Of a stretch of 64,000 nt of DNA, positions 1-9,463 are shown one piece after another. Where the stretch lies: positions 23,739 through 87,738 of the forward strand of contig JBBDKV010000017.1 of NCBI GenBank assembly GCA_040879165.1, given 5' to 3'. The notes below the pieces were generated by a model. The model had not been told where the DNA came from and did no database searches. It saw only the letters and a list, made by a program, of their open reading frames with translations. Origin of the DNA: Patescibacteria group bacterium. GTDB taxonomy: Bacteria; Patescibacteriota; Microgenomatia; UBA1400; PJMF01. The translations under genes and the position numbers were made by a program. Every line of letters begins with the position of its first letter. Position 1 is the stretch's first letter.

Positions 1-1020
1 ACCAGGTGCAGCTAGTTCTGCACCAGTGCTAGAAAAACTAGCAAATTGGTCATTACTATCGGTAGCAGAGACGGCAATCACAGAATTATACGCAGCTGGA
101 TACAGTAAGGGACCGCCACTGGTATTGCCAGCAGCTGCCACCAGGTAAATTCCCTGAGCTTGGGCTTCTGCAAGTTTTGTTTTAAGTGCTGAGCTATCAT
201 AGGTAGTTCCTAGAGAAAAGTTCATCACCTGCACATCTTCAGCCATTGCCCAATCTATTCCATCAATGATATCGCTAATATAACCAGTGCCATCAGCCCC
301 CAATACTTTAACAGCTACGAGCGATGCCTGAGGAGCAGCACCTTGCCAACCGCCATTATCTACATCTGCTCCTACAGTACCTGCTACATGAGTGCCATGC
401 CCATGATCATCAAAAGGATCCGAGTCATTATTTGCAAAATCATACCCTCCCACGTACCGTCCACGCAAATCTGGGTGCGAGTAATCAATGCCGGTATCGA
501 CTATTGCTACTCTAACACCACTGGCTTGAGTTGTCGTCCAAACTGGTGGCACCTCAATTTTAGAAATACCCCAATCTACCTGATCAGCAGTAATAAAAAC
601 AGGGTAATCTACCTCAACAGACTCAACAAGTTGTTCAGACTCAAGTTGCGACATGACTTCGGACTCTGTCTCCTTAGCTATTTTGACAACAATCACGCTC
701 GAGCTGCTTTCGATCACTGAGCCGCCAGCCTGTCTTACCACTGCTTCTACACGAGCGATATCAGCGGGTGAATCAGGAATAATTAGCTTTCTCTGAAGAT
801 CAACTTTCTCAGCTATAAGGCTAGTTTCGACGACAGCTTGTTGACTAGGTTGCGAATTAGCAATAAAGACAGGAGGGGCAAGTGAGTCATCAGTTAAAGG
901 GATGGGGCGATTGTACAAAGCGAGTTGAGCCGTAGCTATGTAGAAAAGACCGCCCAAAAACAATGCAACTAAAAGACTTATCCCAACAGTATAGAGGTGA
1001 TTTGTAGTTATTCTAAACAC
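1..1020 (-). CDS. Subtilisin-like serine protease (peptidase S8), partial; C-terminus lies beyond the window start
   Basis: The reverse-strand translation contains the catalytic motifs VAIVDTGIDYSHPDL (Asp), HGHGTHVAG (His) and AAAGN. An N-terminal hydrophobic anchor follows a GTG start at 1020-1018, and an in-frame TAA lies just upstream. Confidence 0.8.
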   Translation of the reverse strand, partial: MFRITTNHLYTVGISLLVALFLGGLFYIATAQLALYNRPIPLTDDSLAPPVFIANSQPSQQAVVETSLIAEKVDLQRKLIIPDSPADIARVEAVVRQAGGSVIESSSSVIVVKIAKETESEVMSQLESEQLVESVEVDYPVFITADQVDWGISKIEVPPVWTTTQASGVRVAIVDTGIDYSHPDLRGRYVGGYDFANNDSDPFDDHGHGTHVAGTVGADVDNGGWQGAAPQASLVAVKVLGADGTGYISDIIDGIDWAMAEDVQVMNFSLGTTYDSSALKTKLAEAQAQGIYLVAAAGNTSGGPLLYPAAYNSVIAVSATDSNDQFASFSSTGAELAAPG

Positions 1021-1226
1021 GCTTTAAGCGTAGATTATTTTGCCCTATGTGACAAGCGTGTAATCAAGTGGTGGATCGAGTCGGTCAGGTACGGGAAAGT
1101 GCTATAATGTTGTTTGACTCGATTTTTGTGGGTGAGTTGATAACTACGGCATTAGTGCTCAGACTATCTTTGGAAAAGACTGCATATTGACAATTGTATC
1201 GTTTCGCAACAAAATGACCCATATAC

Positions 1227-1784
1227 ATGGATAAATCACCGTCACAAACAACACAGAATTCCCCGATAGCAGGTTCAACCCAGCAGCAGCCAAATCCAGC
1301 CATACCAGGTCCTAGCTCTTCTACCAACCAGCCCACACTCCACCAGAGCCCGAATAATTCATCCACCGCTTCTGCGGACCAGTCGTCTTCACCCATGAAA
1401 ATACAGCTTGAGAAGCCCATCAAGGGAGTGACTATACTTGTTGTCGAAGATGAGCAGGATTACCGCCAAATACTCACTGAGGTACTTGAATTAGAAGGAT
1501 TTACAGTCCTGCAGGCAGCTGATGGTCAGCAAGCGCTTGATCTAGCACAGAACAATGATATACAACTTGTTCTTCTCGACATGCTCATGCCAAAAATAGA
1601 TGGCGTGACCTTTTTATACCACCTGCGTAACACACTCCATAAAGAACATATTCCTGCACTGATTCTCACGAACTTCACCGAAGCTGCTTTTCCAGAAAAA
1701 GTGGCTGGTTTTATTATTAAGTCAAATACGAGCTTAGATGAAGTTGTGGCAAAAGTTAAAGAAGTCCTGCCGATTACTACTTAG
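1227..1784 (+). CDS. Stand-alone response regulator receiver (CheY-like) with a Pro/Gln/Ser-rich N-terminal extension
   Basis: ILVVEDEQDYRQIL...LVLLDMLMPKIDG matches a REC domain with the phospho-acceptor Asp. An internal Met at 1395 (MKIQLEK) is an alternative start. Confidence 0.75.
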   Translation: MDKSPSQTTQNSPIAGSTQQQPNPAIPGPSSSTNQPTLHQSPNNSSTASADQSSSPMKIQLEKPIKGVTILVVEDEQDYRQILTEVLELEGFTVLQAADGQQALDLAQNNDIQLVLLDMLMPKIDGVTFLYHLRNTLHKEHIPALILTNFTEAAFPEKVAGFIIKSNTSLDEVVAKVKEVLPITT

Positions 1785-1798
1785 CGCGGAGGCACTCT

Positions 1799-2941
1799 AT
1801 GAAGATTCAGCAAAAAAAGTGGACAGCAGCAAATGGCTGGCAAGATGTCATGGGAGACCAGTTAGCAGAACAAGCGCAGCTGGTTTTTTTATTTGGCGGG
1901 GTAAGTGCTCTTAAAGACCAAGAGCAATACAACGCAGTAAAAAACTGGTATCCTCACGCACAAGTAGTGAGTGTCTCAACTGCTGGTGAGATCATTGGGA
2001 CCCAGGTACTCGATGAGTCATTGGTTGTTACCGCCATAGCATTTGAGAAAACACAAATCCAAGCAGTGCAAGCCAAGATTTGGAATATGGACGAAAGTCT
2101 CTCAGTTGGCCATCAACTTGGTGAAGCCTTGCCGAAAGAAGGTCTCATTCATGTTCTTGTGTTTTCTGATGGTCTGCATATGAATGGCACAATGCTGGTA
2201 AATGGATTAGCAGAAAAACTTCCTCCTGAGGTTTCGGTGACTGGCGGATTAGCTGGTGATCAGGATAGATTTCAAGAAACACTCGTAGGTTTGAACTATG
2301 CTCCGCAACAAAATGTGGTGATTGCAATCGGGTTGTATGGCAATAACATTAAGGTTGGATATGGTTCGATGGGAGGCTGGGATCCGTTTGGTCCAGAACG
2401 ACTGGTAACAAAATCTAAAGCAAATGTTCTCTATGAACTCGATGGCCAGTTAGCTTTGGATTTGTATAAAAAATACTTGGGCGAGCAGGCGAAGAATTTG
2501 CCTGCATCGGGATTGCTCTTTCCTCTCAGCTTGAGAATTGGTGATCGCGAAGTAGGAATTGTTCGCACTATCCTGGCAGTAAATGATGAGGAGGGAAGTA
2601 TGACCTTTGCTGGAGACATTCCAGAAGGATCATATGCACGCTTGATGAAAGCCAACTTTGAACGGTTAGTAGATGGTGCGCAAGGAGCAGCAAGCATGAG
2701 TACTCAGTCGCTTCAGGGTACACGCTCAGAGCTAGCACTACTCATTAGCTGTGTTGGACGCAAACTGGTGCTTAAGCAGCGGGTTGAGGAAGAAGTAGAG
2801 GGCGTAGCGAGTATTTTAGGAGAACAGACCGTAATTACAGGTTTTTATTCGTATGGAGAGATTTGTCCTGTTGCTCCTACAGAAAAACAGTGCGATCTGC
2901 ATAATCAAACGATGACCATTACTACACTCACAGAACAATAA
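1799..2941 (+). CDS. FIST-domain sensory protein
   Basis: At 380 aa it has the size and architecture of FIST_N + FIST_C proteins. It lies between the REC and histidine-kinase genes on the same strand with short spacers. Confidence 0.5.
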   Translation: MKIQQKKWTAANGWQDVMGDQLAEQAQLVFLFGGVSALKDQEQYNAVKNWYPHAQVVSVSTAGEIIGTQVLDESLVVTAIAFEKTQIQAVQAKIWNMDESLSVGHQLGEALPKEGLIHVLVFSDGLHMNGTMLVNGLAEKLPPEVSVTGGLAGDQDRFQETLVGLNYAPQQNVVIAIGLYGNNIKVGYGSMGGWDPFGPERLVTKSKANVLYELDGQLALDLYKKYLGEQAKNLPASGLLFPLSLRIGDREVGIVRTILAVNDEEGSMTFAGDIPEGSYARLMKANFERLVDGAQGAASMSTQSLQGTRSELALLISCVGRKLVLKQRVEEEVEGVASILGEQTVITGFYSYGEICPVAPTEKQCDLHNQTMTITTLTEQ

Positions 2942-2956
2942 AAACTTCCGCCTTGC

Positions 2957-4438
2957 ATGAATAAATTATTACAACGACAGCTGAAAAAGGTCTATGGGAG
3001 AAACACCAATATCCCTAGTGAGATAGCACCCCTTTTACAGATCATTACTGATACCTACGACGGCTTTGATCAAGACCGTGAATTGACGATTCGCTCTCTT
3101 GAGCTCTCATCCCAAGAATTACTTGACGCAAATAGAAAACTAGGAGAGGAAACACAACGTCAGAAAGCAATTCTTGAAGCGCTTCGAGCAGCGACTTCAG
3201 TGCTCAAACCGAGCTCAGCTGAAAAAAAAGAGTGGCTTACTTCAGCGGATGAAGTGATCTATCTTGCGGAGTCGCTTACCCAATTAATCGAGGAACAAAA
3301 GCAGCACGAGCTGGAGTTGATCCACTCCAAAGTTCAGACCGAACAAGAAAAAGCAAAAGCTGAGGCTATTTTACTGTCGATCGGAGATGGGGTATTTGCA
3401 GTAGACCTAGATTTGAGAATTATGTTGATGAATCCCATAGCAGAACAACTATCAGGTTATTCCTTTGCCGAAGCTGAAGGAAGACCATATAACCAAATCT
3501 TCAGTTTTAAAACGGAGCACGATCCAGACGCACCCTATCCTAACTTTGTCCAGGATGTGATGAGTAGTGGTAAAATTCGAGCTCTGACCAACCACACCTT
3601 GCTTGTTAGAAAAGACAAAACGGAACTGTCAGTTTCTGATAGTGCGGCTCCTATTGTGAGTGAAAATGGCAAGATCATCGGCTGCATTGTCGTGGTGCGC
3701 GATGCGAGTCGTGAACGGGAGCTTGAGCGTGCTAAAGACGACTTCATCTCCATCACTGCCCACCAACTACGCACTCCGCTCGGAATTGTGCGCTGGCATG
3801 CTGAGATGCTCCTGCGGAATACTTTGCTCGATGCTGCTACCAGATCAAAGCTCAAACATGTTCATGCGAGCAACTTGCGCTTGATTGCTTTAGTGAATGA
3901 TTTACTTAATGTCTCACGGATTGATCAGGGGAGAGTACAGGATAATCCTCATTCTACCCATGTTTGTGAGGTCATCCGTGACGCATACTCAGAACTAGAG
4001 CCTTTAGCCCAACAGCTCAACGTCACGGTTAATCTACTGTTGAAAGATGGGTGTGACAAGGAAATATTTATTGATTCAAAACGTTTGGAGGAAGTAATCT
4101 TGAACTTACTCTCAAATGCGATCAAGTACAATGTTCCCGGAGGCAAGGTCGATGTCACTACTATGATGCAGGATGAGTTTATTGCGATTAGTTTCAGTGA
4201 TACGGGGATTGGTATCCCGCTGGAGGATCAAAAACGAATGTTTGATAAATTCCACCGTGCTAAAAATGCAACTCGCAATGATACTACAGGCACAGGCCTT
4301 GGCATGTATATTGTCAAATCATACGTTGATGCTTGGAGTGGTAAGATTGCCTTTCAGAGCACCGAAGGCAAAGGCTCCACCTTTGTGATTAGCATTCCTC
4401 TGTCCAGCACCCAATCTACTACACAGTTAGTTGAGTGA
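2957..4438 (+). CDS. PAS-domain sensor histidine kinase
   Basis: PAS-like segment DGVFAVDLDLRIMLMNPIAEQLSGY. HisKA H-box ITAHQLRTPL. HATPase_c N, G1 and G2 boxes (LLSNAIKYNVPGG, DTGIGIP, GTGLGMYIVK). Confidence 0.85.
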   Translation: MNKLLQRQLKKVYGRNTNIPSEIAPLLQIITDTYDGFDQDRELTIRSLELSSQELLDANRKLGEETQRQKAILEALRAATSVLKPSSAEKKEWLTSADEVIYLAESLTQLIEEQKQHELELIHSKVQTEQEKAKAEAILLSIGDGVFAVDLDLRIMLMNPIAEQLSGYSFAEAEGRPYNQIFSFKTEHDPDAPYPNFVQDVMSSGKIRALTNHTLLVRKDKTELSVSDSAAPIVSENGKIIGCIVVVRDASRERELERAKDDFISITAHQLRTPLGIVRWHAEMLLRNTLLDAATRSKLKHVHASNLRLIALVNDLLNVSRIDQGRVQDNPHSTHVCEVIRDAYSELEPLAQQLNVTVNLLLKDGCDKEIFIDSKRLEEVILNLLSNAIKYNVPGGKVDVTTMMQDEFIAISFSDTGIGIPLEDQKRMFDKFHRAKNATRNDTTGTGLGMYIVKSYVDAWSGKIAFQSTEGKGSTFVISIPLSSTQSTTQLVE

Positions 4439-4547
4439 TATACGCGACACTTTTTCAGCCATATTTGTGTGCATACTGATTTGGACTAGGCATCACTGTT
4501 CCTTCATGTGGTCAAATACGGGAGAGTGTTAGAATCCTACTCACTCG

Positions 4548-5204
4548 TTACTCTACTATCTCACCCTTCAACTTTTCAGCTTCAATATGAAAAAAATCAC
4601 TTAAGCTTTTCCTATCAAGAGAACCAATGATAATTGGATCGTCGAGGTGAGCATCTGCTTCAAATAATCTGCTAGCTAACTGGAGTGGGTCAACATGCCA
4701 ATCAAACTTCAATTTTGCTTTCATTCGCAGCTCCTCAGTTCCAAAACCATACTTTCGAATGATTGTGTACAGATCAAAATAATCTCGGCCTCTTGGTTTT
4801 TGAACAATAGTAAACAATTTGTTGGTGGCAATATCAATAACACTGTCAACAAGGAGACCATCTTTTTTCTCTGGATGCTCAATTTGTTCAAAAGGATAAT
4901 AGGTGAACTCTAGTTTGAGAACAGACTCATCCTTGAAACGAATAAAGTATAAATTTCGGTTAAAGCTATTTTGGTAGTCAAATGAAATAAATTCTAACTT
5001 CTTTTGTAGGCTTTTAATTATGACTGTAATGTCTTGCGCATCAAATTCTTCGTGACAGAAAAAATCAAGATCTTCTGAATAACGATGTTGCAAGTAATAG
5101 TGTGAAAGGGCTGTGCCACCACTAAAATAAAAGTGCTCTGCTAGACTCGTTTCTGAGATTAATTTGAGCACTAATTGTTGCTGCTCAGTTAGGATTGTGA
5201 CCAT
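4548..5204 (-). CDS. AbiEii-like nucleotidyltransferase (DUF1814), type IV toxin-antitoxin toxin-like
   Basis: FYFSGGTALSHYYLQHRYSEDLDFF matches the GGTAL...RxSxDLDF signature of AbiEii/DUF1814 nucleotidyltransferases. Confidence 0.7.
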   Translation of the reverse strand: MVTILTEQQQLVLKLISETSLAEHFYFSGGTALSHYYLQHRYSEDLDFFCHEEFDAQDITVIIKSLQKKLEFISFDYQNSFNRNLYFIRFKDESVLKLEFTYYPFEQIEHPEKKDGLLVDSVIDIATNKLFTIVQKPRGRDYFDLYTIIRKYGFGTEELRMKAKLKFDWHVDPLQLASRLFEADAHLDDPIIIGSLDRKSLSDFFHIEAEKLKGEIVE

Positions 5205-5497
5205 ACAATGCTCTTTAAGTAGTTCCGCTTGGCTGCATCAATGTCAAGTTTATCCCAATTAGCTTTTAATTTTTCTAATGAAAGCTTTGTGTTGTTGAGA
5301 CCAAAATTGATTTGCTGCTCCAATACAAATTGATCATACTTAGCAGAATTTTTCTTAAGTCGAGTAGTGTCAGTGTTCCAGTTGTACATAGTAGTATTAT
5401 ACTTGAAAATGGGCGCATTTAATAGGTTTGACCGGAAAAAGAAACTAATTTTGGGTTGATAAATCAAAGCATATTGTTTTTGAGCAAAAATCCTCAA
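5189..5497 (-). CDS. Hypothetical small protein, possible cognate antitoxin or partner of the AbiEii-like gene
   Basis: Its 3' end overlaps the start of the AbiEii-like gene by 16 nt on the same strand. No recognisable wHTH. Confidence 0.3.
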   Translation of the reverse strand: MRIFAQKQYALIYQPKISFFFRSNLLNAPIFKYNTTMYNWNTDTTRLKKNSAKYDQFVLEQQINFGLNNTKLSLEKLKANWDKLDIDAAKRNYLKSIVWSQS

Positions 5498-5523
5498 AAA
5501 CCTTTATTTATATGCATGGAAGC

Positions 5524-5883
5524 TCATTCAGAAATCTCTGCTATCGCTTCAATTTCAATCAATACTTTGGGATCACCCGGAAATTCTGGGAGAGCAGCTA
5601 CTCCAATAGTAGTTCTTGCTGGCAGATGTTTGCCAAAAAAATCCGCATAAAGCTCATTCATCTGAGGAAATAGCGATAAATCAGTCATAAACACCGTTGT
5701 CTTAACAACATTAACTTCAGTTAAGCCAGCAAGTTCTAAGACATTTCTTAAATTTTGGAAAATATTTTCAGTCTGAGATTGAAAGTCCTCAGGAATTACC
5801 TTGGTTTTTGAGTCTGATCCCACTTGACCAGATATAAAAACCATATTTCCAGTTTTGTAAAAAGGGCTGAGAGGTGCTTTCAT
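5524..5883 (-). CDS. ridA: RidA/YjgF family reactive intermediate deaminase
   Basis: 119 aa. ISGQVG...TTVFMTD...ARTTIGVAALP resembles the YjgF/RidA fold signature. Confidence 0.8.
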   Translation of the reverse strand: MKAPLSPFYKTGNMVFISGQVGSDSKTKVIPEDFQSQTENIFQNLRNVLELAGLTEVNVVKTTVFMTDLSLFPQMNELYADFFGKHLPARTTIGVAALPEFPGDPKVLIEIEAIAEISE

Positions 5884-6274
5884 ATGATTATTATAATGCA
5901 GTTTAAAAAAAATAGAACTGGTTGTTTAGACAAAGGGAAGAGCGTCTTGAATTTGGGGTAGCGTACACGAGTGTGTTAACACCTTGTTTGCGTGTTATAA
6001 CAATACTTGGTAGTAATTATAGATCGGACTTAACCAAAGTGAAGTGCAGTGTTTAGCTTAGTGAGCTTATTAACATAATTTTATAAATTTGAATAAGGAG
6101 AAAAATGCACGAAGATGAGCACAATTACGAACAACAAATTTTAGATGAGTACAAACGCAAGTTTCATGAAACACAAAAAATTATAAAGAGTCATCTAGGT
6201 AATTCAGGGTGGTGGGTGATAGGCAGCAATAGTAGACGAGGATTACTCGACATTGCCCCAATTTCAGGTGAAAT

Positions 6275-6875
6275 CAACTACCACCACCAGAGGTGGTGGT
6301 ATGCCTTCCGCCTCAAAGGCGCTACTTGTTACAGTGTATGTTGTTCGTGACTTAGCCCTTTTGCTCTTTTTGTTGCTGCCACTTTACATACTTTTTTATT
6401 TTATCTTCGTCCAGTCCTACAGTACTCACACAATACCCTCTGCTCCATAAGTGTTTTCCCCAGTATTGTTTGGTGAGATCTTTCCTGCTCCCAAACAACT
6501 TGATTGCTACTTTCCCTTTCAGATATCCCATTACCTCACTGACGGAGTACTTGGGTGGAATACTGATGATTAAGTGAACATGGTCGGGTTGAATGTTAAT
6601 TTCTTCGATCTCAACCTTGTTCTTTTGACCACACAATCGGTACAGCTGGTTTCTTACAAATACTTCTGACTTTCCTTCTAGTACTTTATACCTATATTTG
6701 GGACAAAATACTATGTGATATGTACAGTGCCAGATACTGTGCGATAATCGGTTATACTTTTTCATAGCTCCTCCTGGAACTCGCCTTTCAGGCGGAGCTA
6801 TTTTATTTTACTATACTCGTTGAACGTTAATGAGCGCTCACCGCCTGTAGGCGGTGGATATCTGAGGGATTATAT
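6275..6875 (-). mobile_element. IS200/IS605-family insertion sequence (tnpA only) with subterminal hairpins
   Basis: TnpA ORF flanked by perfect hairpins caccacc-aga-ggtggtg (6284-6301) and cgcc-tcaaa-ggcg on one side. The other side has gcctttcaggcgg (6783-6797) and accgcctgtaggcggtgg (6840-6858). Boundaries are approximate. Confidence 0.7.
6352..6765 (-). CDS. tnpA: IS200/IS605 family transposase TnpA (HUH Y1 transposase)
   Basis: 137 aa. WHCTYHIVFCPKYR followed by the HUH motif DHVHLIISIPP and a C-terminal Tyr-bearing helix (YVKWQ). Confidence 0.9.
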   Translation of the reverse strand: MKKYNRLSHSIWHCTYHIVFCPKYRYKVLEGKSEVFVRNQLYRLCGQKNKVEIEEINIQPDHVHLIISIPPKYSVSEVMGYLKGKVAIKLFGSRKDLTKQYWGKHLWSRGYCVSTVGLDEDKIKKYVKWQQQKEQKG

Positions 6876-6911
6876 AAGCCAGGAGGAATTTGGGCAGATA
6901 TAGACCTGCTA

Positions 6912-7430
6912 GTGGTTAATTCAAAAAAAGAAGCTTTTGACGAGTTAAGGAAAATGACAACCCCTCTGCCAATTGGCGGTGGTGTACTTACTACCTACTT
7001 ATCTATTGATGAAATTGACCCAGAAACAGAACTACCAAGCTCAGTAATAGCTGGTCTTAGTAGGCAACAAAATATACGTATTGATCCACAAATCTTCAAG
7101 ACGTTTTATGTAGAACAGATGGGTGAAAGATTTCCAACGGTATGTAGAGAAACTCTACTGGCATTATATTATCTTGGGGGAATAAGAGAAAAAGACATAC
7201 CAAGAATGAAAGAGTTAGAAGATTCGATCATGGCGCGTCCAACATGGACTACTCAAATTGACTCATATCGTTTGATAAAAGAGAAATGGGGAAATAAGGA
7301 CCGGCCTTTGATGGACAGAATAGGAAACGTAGTTGATAAATCAAGTTTATATAGGTTATTGAGAAGAAGAATGCCAAGAGTTACTGGAGCTATATTAGGA
7401 AAGTGTAAGAAAGTATTATATGGAAAGTAA
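6912..7430 (+). CDS. Hypothetical protein (GTG start), cargo of the integrative element
   Basis: 172-aa ORF with no recognised motif. It lies between the IS200 copy and the restriction-modification module. Confidence 0.4.
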   Translation: MVNSKKEAFDELRKMTTPLPIGGGVLTTYLSIDEIDPETELPSSVIAGLSRQQNIRIDPQIFKTFYVEQMGERFPTVCRETLLALYYLGGIREKDIPRMKELEDSIMARPTWTTQIDSYRLIKEKWGNKDRPLMDRIGNVVDKSSLYRLLRRRMPRVTGAILGKCKKVLYGK

Positions 7431-7565
7431 ATATTTTAATTGATATATCAATACGTGGGTAGAGTACGGGAGCTTGTTAGCAATCTTTTTTCATACTATA
7501 TTGAAGATCAAAATAATATGAACATCTCATACTAAACTAAACCCGAGCCAAGTAAGATACAGAAT

Positions 7566-8171
7566 TTACTTTTCCCAAACAATATGCCCATTCATATCAT
7601 TCTTTTCATAGACCTCAAGAATTTCAGTACAAAACCGCAGGAGGTTTTCATCACCCGATTGTTTAGCTATTTCATATAGCCGAATATACATCTTCTTGCC
7701 TGTTTCAGTTTGCTTGAAGTTTTTCTTCAAAAAATTATGTTGACTACAAAGCGTTTGTCCGTTTTGTAGTGTTGCTCCACCACCCAAGTCTTTGGGTTTA
7801 ATGTGGTCAGCATGAATTTCAACTCCTTCATTTCTACCTCTGCCACATATTACACACTTGTAGTCATCTCTCTCAAAAATTTGCTTTCTCAATGCTGGAG
7901 TAAAGTCTTCAAGCTCTCTGATTTGAATCATACTAGGGTCATATCTATAAATGCCCTTGTTCACTTTGATGAGGTATCCATTTTGGTGCAACTTTCTGAT
8001 TGCTCTATCAGGGTCTCGAAATATCTCACCAGTTCTTTCTAGCCATTCACCTGTAGCCCAGTCAACAATTTCAGGATGACTAATATCTCTCTTGGGATGT
8101 CCTTCAAAATACTCCATTATCAATCCACTTTGGCTGAGCTTTTCTTTTTTTATATCGTCGCTTTTTGACAT
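7566..8171 (-). CDS. HNH endonuclease, putative restriction endonuclease of a type II R-M system
   Basis: CVICGRGRNEGVEIHADHIKPKDLGG...NGQTLCSQHN is an HNH motif with flanking Cys pairs. The N-terminal region is wHTH-like. It lies 17 nt downstream of a C5-methyltransferase on the same strand. Confidence 0.65.
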   Translation of the reverse strand: MSKSDDIKKEKLSQSGLIMEYFEGHPKRDISHPEIVDWATGEWLERTGEIFRDPDRAIRKLHQNGYLIKVNKGIYRYDPSMIQIRELEDFTPALRKQIFERDDYKCVICGRGRNEGVEIHADHIKPKDLGGGATLQNGQTLCSQHNFLKKNFKQTETGKKMYIRLYEIAKQSGDENLLRFCTEILEVYEKNDMNGHIVWEK

Positions 8172-8187
8172 ATTACTTCTTCCTTTT

Positions 8188-9183
8188 TTATTTTAACACT
8201 TTGAGTAAAGATGCGATTTGTTTTGCAACTGCTTCAACCACAGGGACTGCAACAGAGTTCCCAAATTGCCTGTACATTTGTGTCCTAGAAACAGGCACTT
8301 TGAAATCCTTAGGAAATCCCATAATAGCCTTACATTCATTTACAGTGAGAAGTCTCAGCCCAGTTTCTCCATCTTTGACAAATGTTCCAGTAAGTCTTTG
8401 TATCTTGTGGTAAGTCGAAACAAGAGTTTTTACTTGTATCCTTGAACTTTTATCAATGATCTTTGGTCTACCATCATCTTTTTTGAACAGGTAGCTTTCT
8501 TGCAAGTGCTTCGATATGGAATATCCAGAAACGTCTTGCTCAAGAAAATCATTTATGTATGATTTTTCCACGCCACCTGTAGGGAAAGTGAAACTTCTCT
8601 CCTTGAGAAGGTCTTTTCTAAATCCAACAATGTAAATCCGCTTTCTAAATTGTGGCACTCCAAAATCAGAAGCATCTAAAACTTTAGTAAAAACTTTATA
8701 CCCAGCTTCATCTAAGGAGTCTAAAATAACTTGAAATGTTCTTCCACTATCGTGACTGACTAAACCTGGCACATTTTCTAATAAAAATGCTTTGTTTTTT
8801 TTATTCTCGATAATTCTCAGTACGTCATAAAATAGAGTACCCTGAGTAGCATGTAGAAACCCTTGTCTCTTGCCAATAGAACTGAATGGTTGACAGGGGA
8901 ATCCGCCTACTAATACATCAAAATCTGGAATTTCTTTCTCATCTATCTTTGTTATATCACCATGTGGAATCTCTCCAAAATTAGCCTCATAGGTTTTTTG
9001 ACTATGCTTGTCCCACTCTGAAGAAAAAACACATTCTCCCCCAGCATTTTCAAATGCAATTCTAGTGCCTCCAATCCCAGCAAATAAATCAATAAACTTA
9101 AAATCACCAACAGTTGATCTTTTATTCTGGTCTTCAAACAGACTAGGTGCACTCATTTTAGATAATTTTTTTGTGTTACTCAT
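8188..9183 (-). CDS. DNA (cytosine-5)-methyltransferase
   Basis: Motif I FIDLFAGIGG, motif IV GGFPCQPFS and motif VI ENVPGL, with target-recognition and C-terminal motifs present. Confidence 0.9.
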   Translation of the reverse strand: MSNTKKLSKMSAPSLFEDQNKRSTVGDFKFIDLFAGIGGTRIAFENAGGECVFSSEWDKHSQKTYEANFGEIPHGDITKIDEKEIPDFDVLVGGFPCQPFSSIGKRQGFLHATQGTLFYDVLRIIENKKNKAFLLENVPGLVSHDSGRTFQVILDSLDEAGYKVFTKVLDASDFGVPQFRKRIYIVGFRKDLLKERSFTFPTGGVEKSYINDFLEQDVSGYSISKHLQESYLFKKDDGRPKIIDKSSRIQVKTLVSTYHKIQRLTGTFVKDGETGLRLLTVNECKAIMGFPKDFKVPVSRTQMYRQFGNSVAVPVVEAVAKQIASLLKVLK

Positions 9184-9207
9184 ATCAAAGACTCGTTTTT
9201 GAAAAAA

Positions 9208-9408
9208 CTATGTTTCCAATTTTCGTTTATCTAAAAAGTTTTGCAAATCATCTTCCTTGACTCGCAGTTCTTGCTCCAATTTGTAGGCGGGCAGTTTTTT
9301 CGTTTTGATATAGCGGTAAATGGTCATCTTGCTCACTTTGAGAGCTTGGGCGACTTCTTCAATGGTGAGGAGCGTCTGTGTTTGCACTATATTGATAGTA
9401 TCACTCAT
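9208..9408 (-). CDS. Small HTH DNA-binding protein (AlpA/excisionase-like), possible controller of the R-M operon
   Basis: 66 aa. LTIEEVAQALKVSKMTIYRYIKTKKLP is a classic HTH. It sits directly upstream of the methyltransferase on the same strand. Confidence 0.6.
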   Translation of the reverse strand: MSDTINIVQTQTLLTIEEVAQALKVSKMTIYRYIKTKKLPAYKLEQELRVKEDDLQNFLDKRKLET

Positions 9409-9463
9409 TCACATTTGTTTACAAGGGTGATATAGTTTTTCTCAAGAATTATCAAATATAAGT

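Noticed and set aside
1085-1423. 112-aa minus-strand ORF antisense to the response-regulator N-terminus
   Set aside because: It lies inside and opposite a supported CDS and has a low-complexity translation.
3535-4388. Several 69-106-aa ORFs on both strands inside the histidine-kinase gene
   Set aside because: They are embedded in a CDS with strong motif support. They are out-of-frame or antisense readthrough.
6018-6045. Possible left att site for the tRNA-His element (atcggacttaacc versus tRNA-derived accggacttgaacc)
   Set aside because: Only about 11 of 12 positions match, and with a gap. This is too short to distinguish from chance in 64 kb. It is kept only as a hint.
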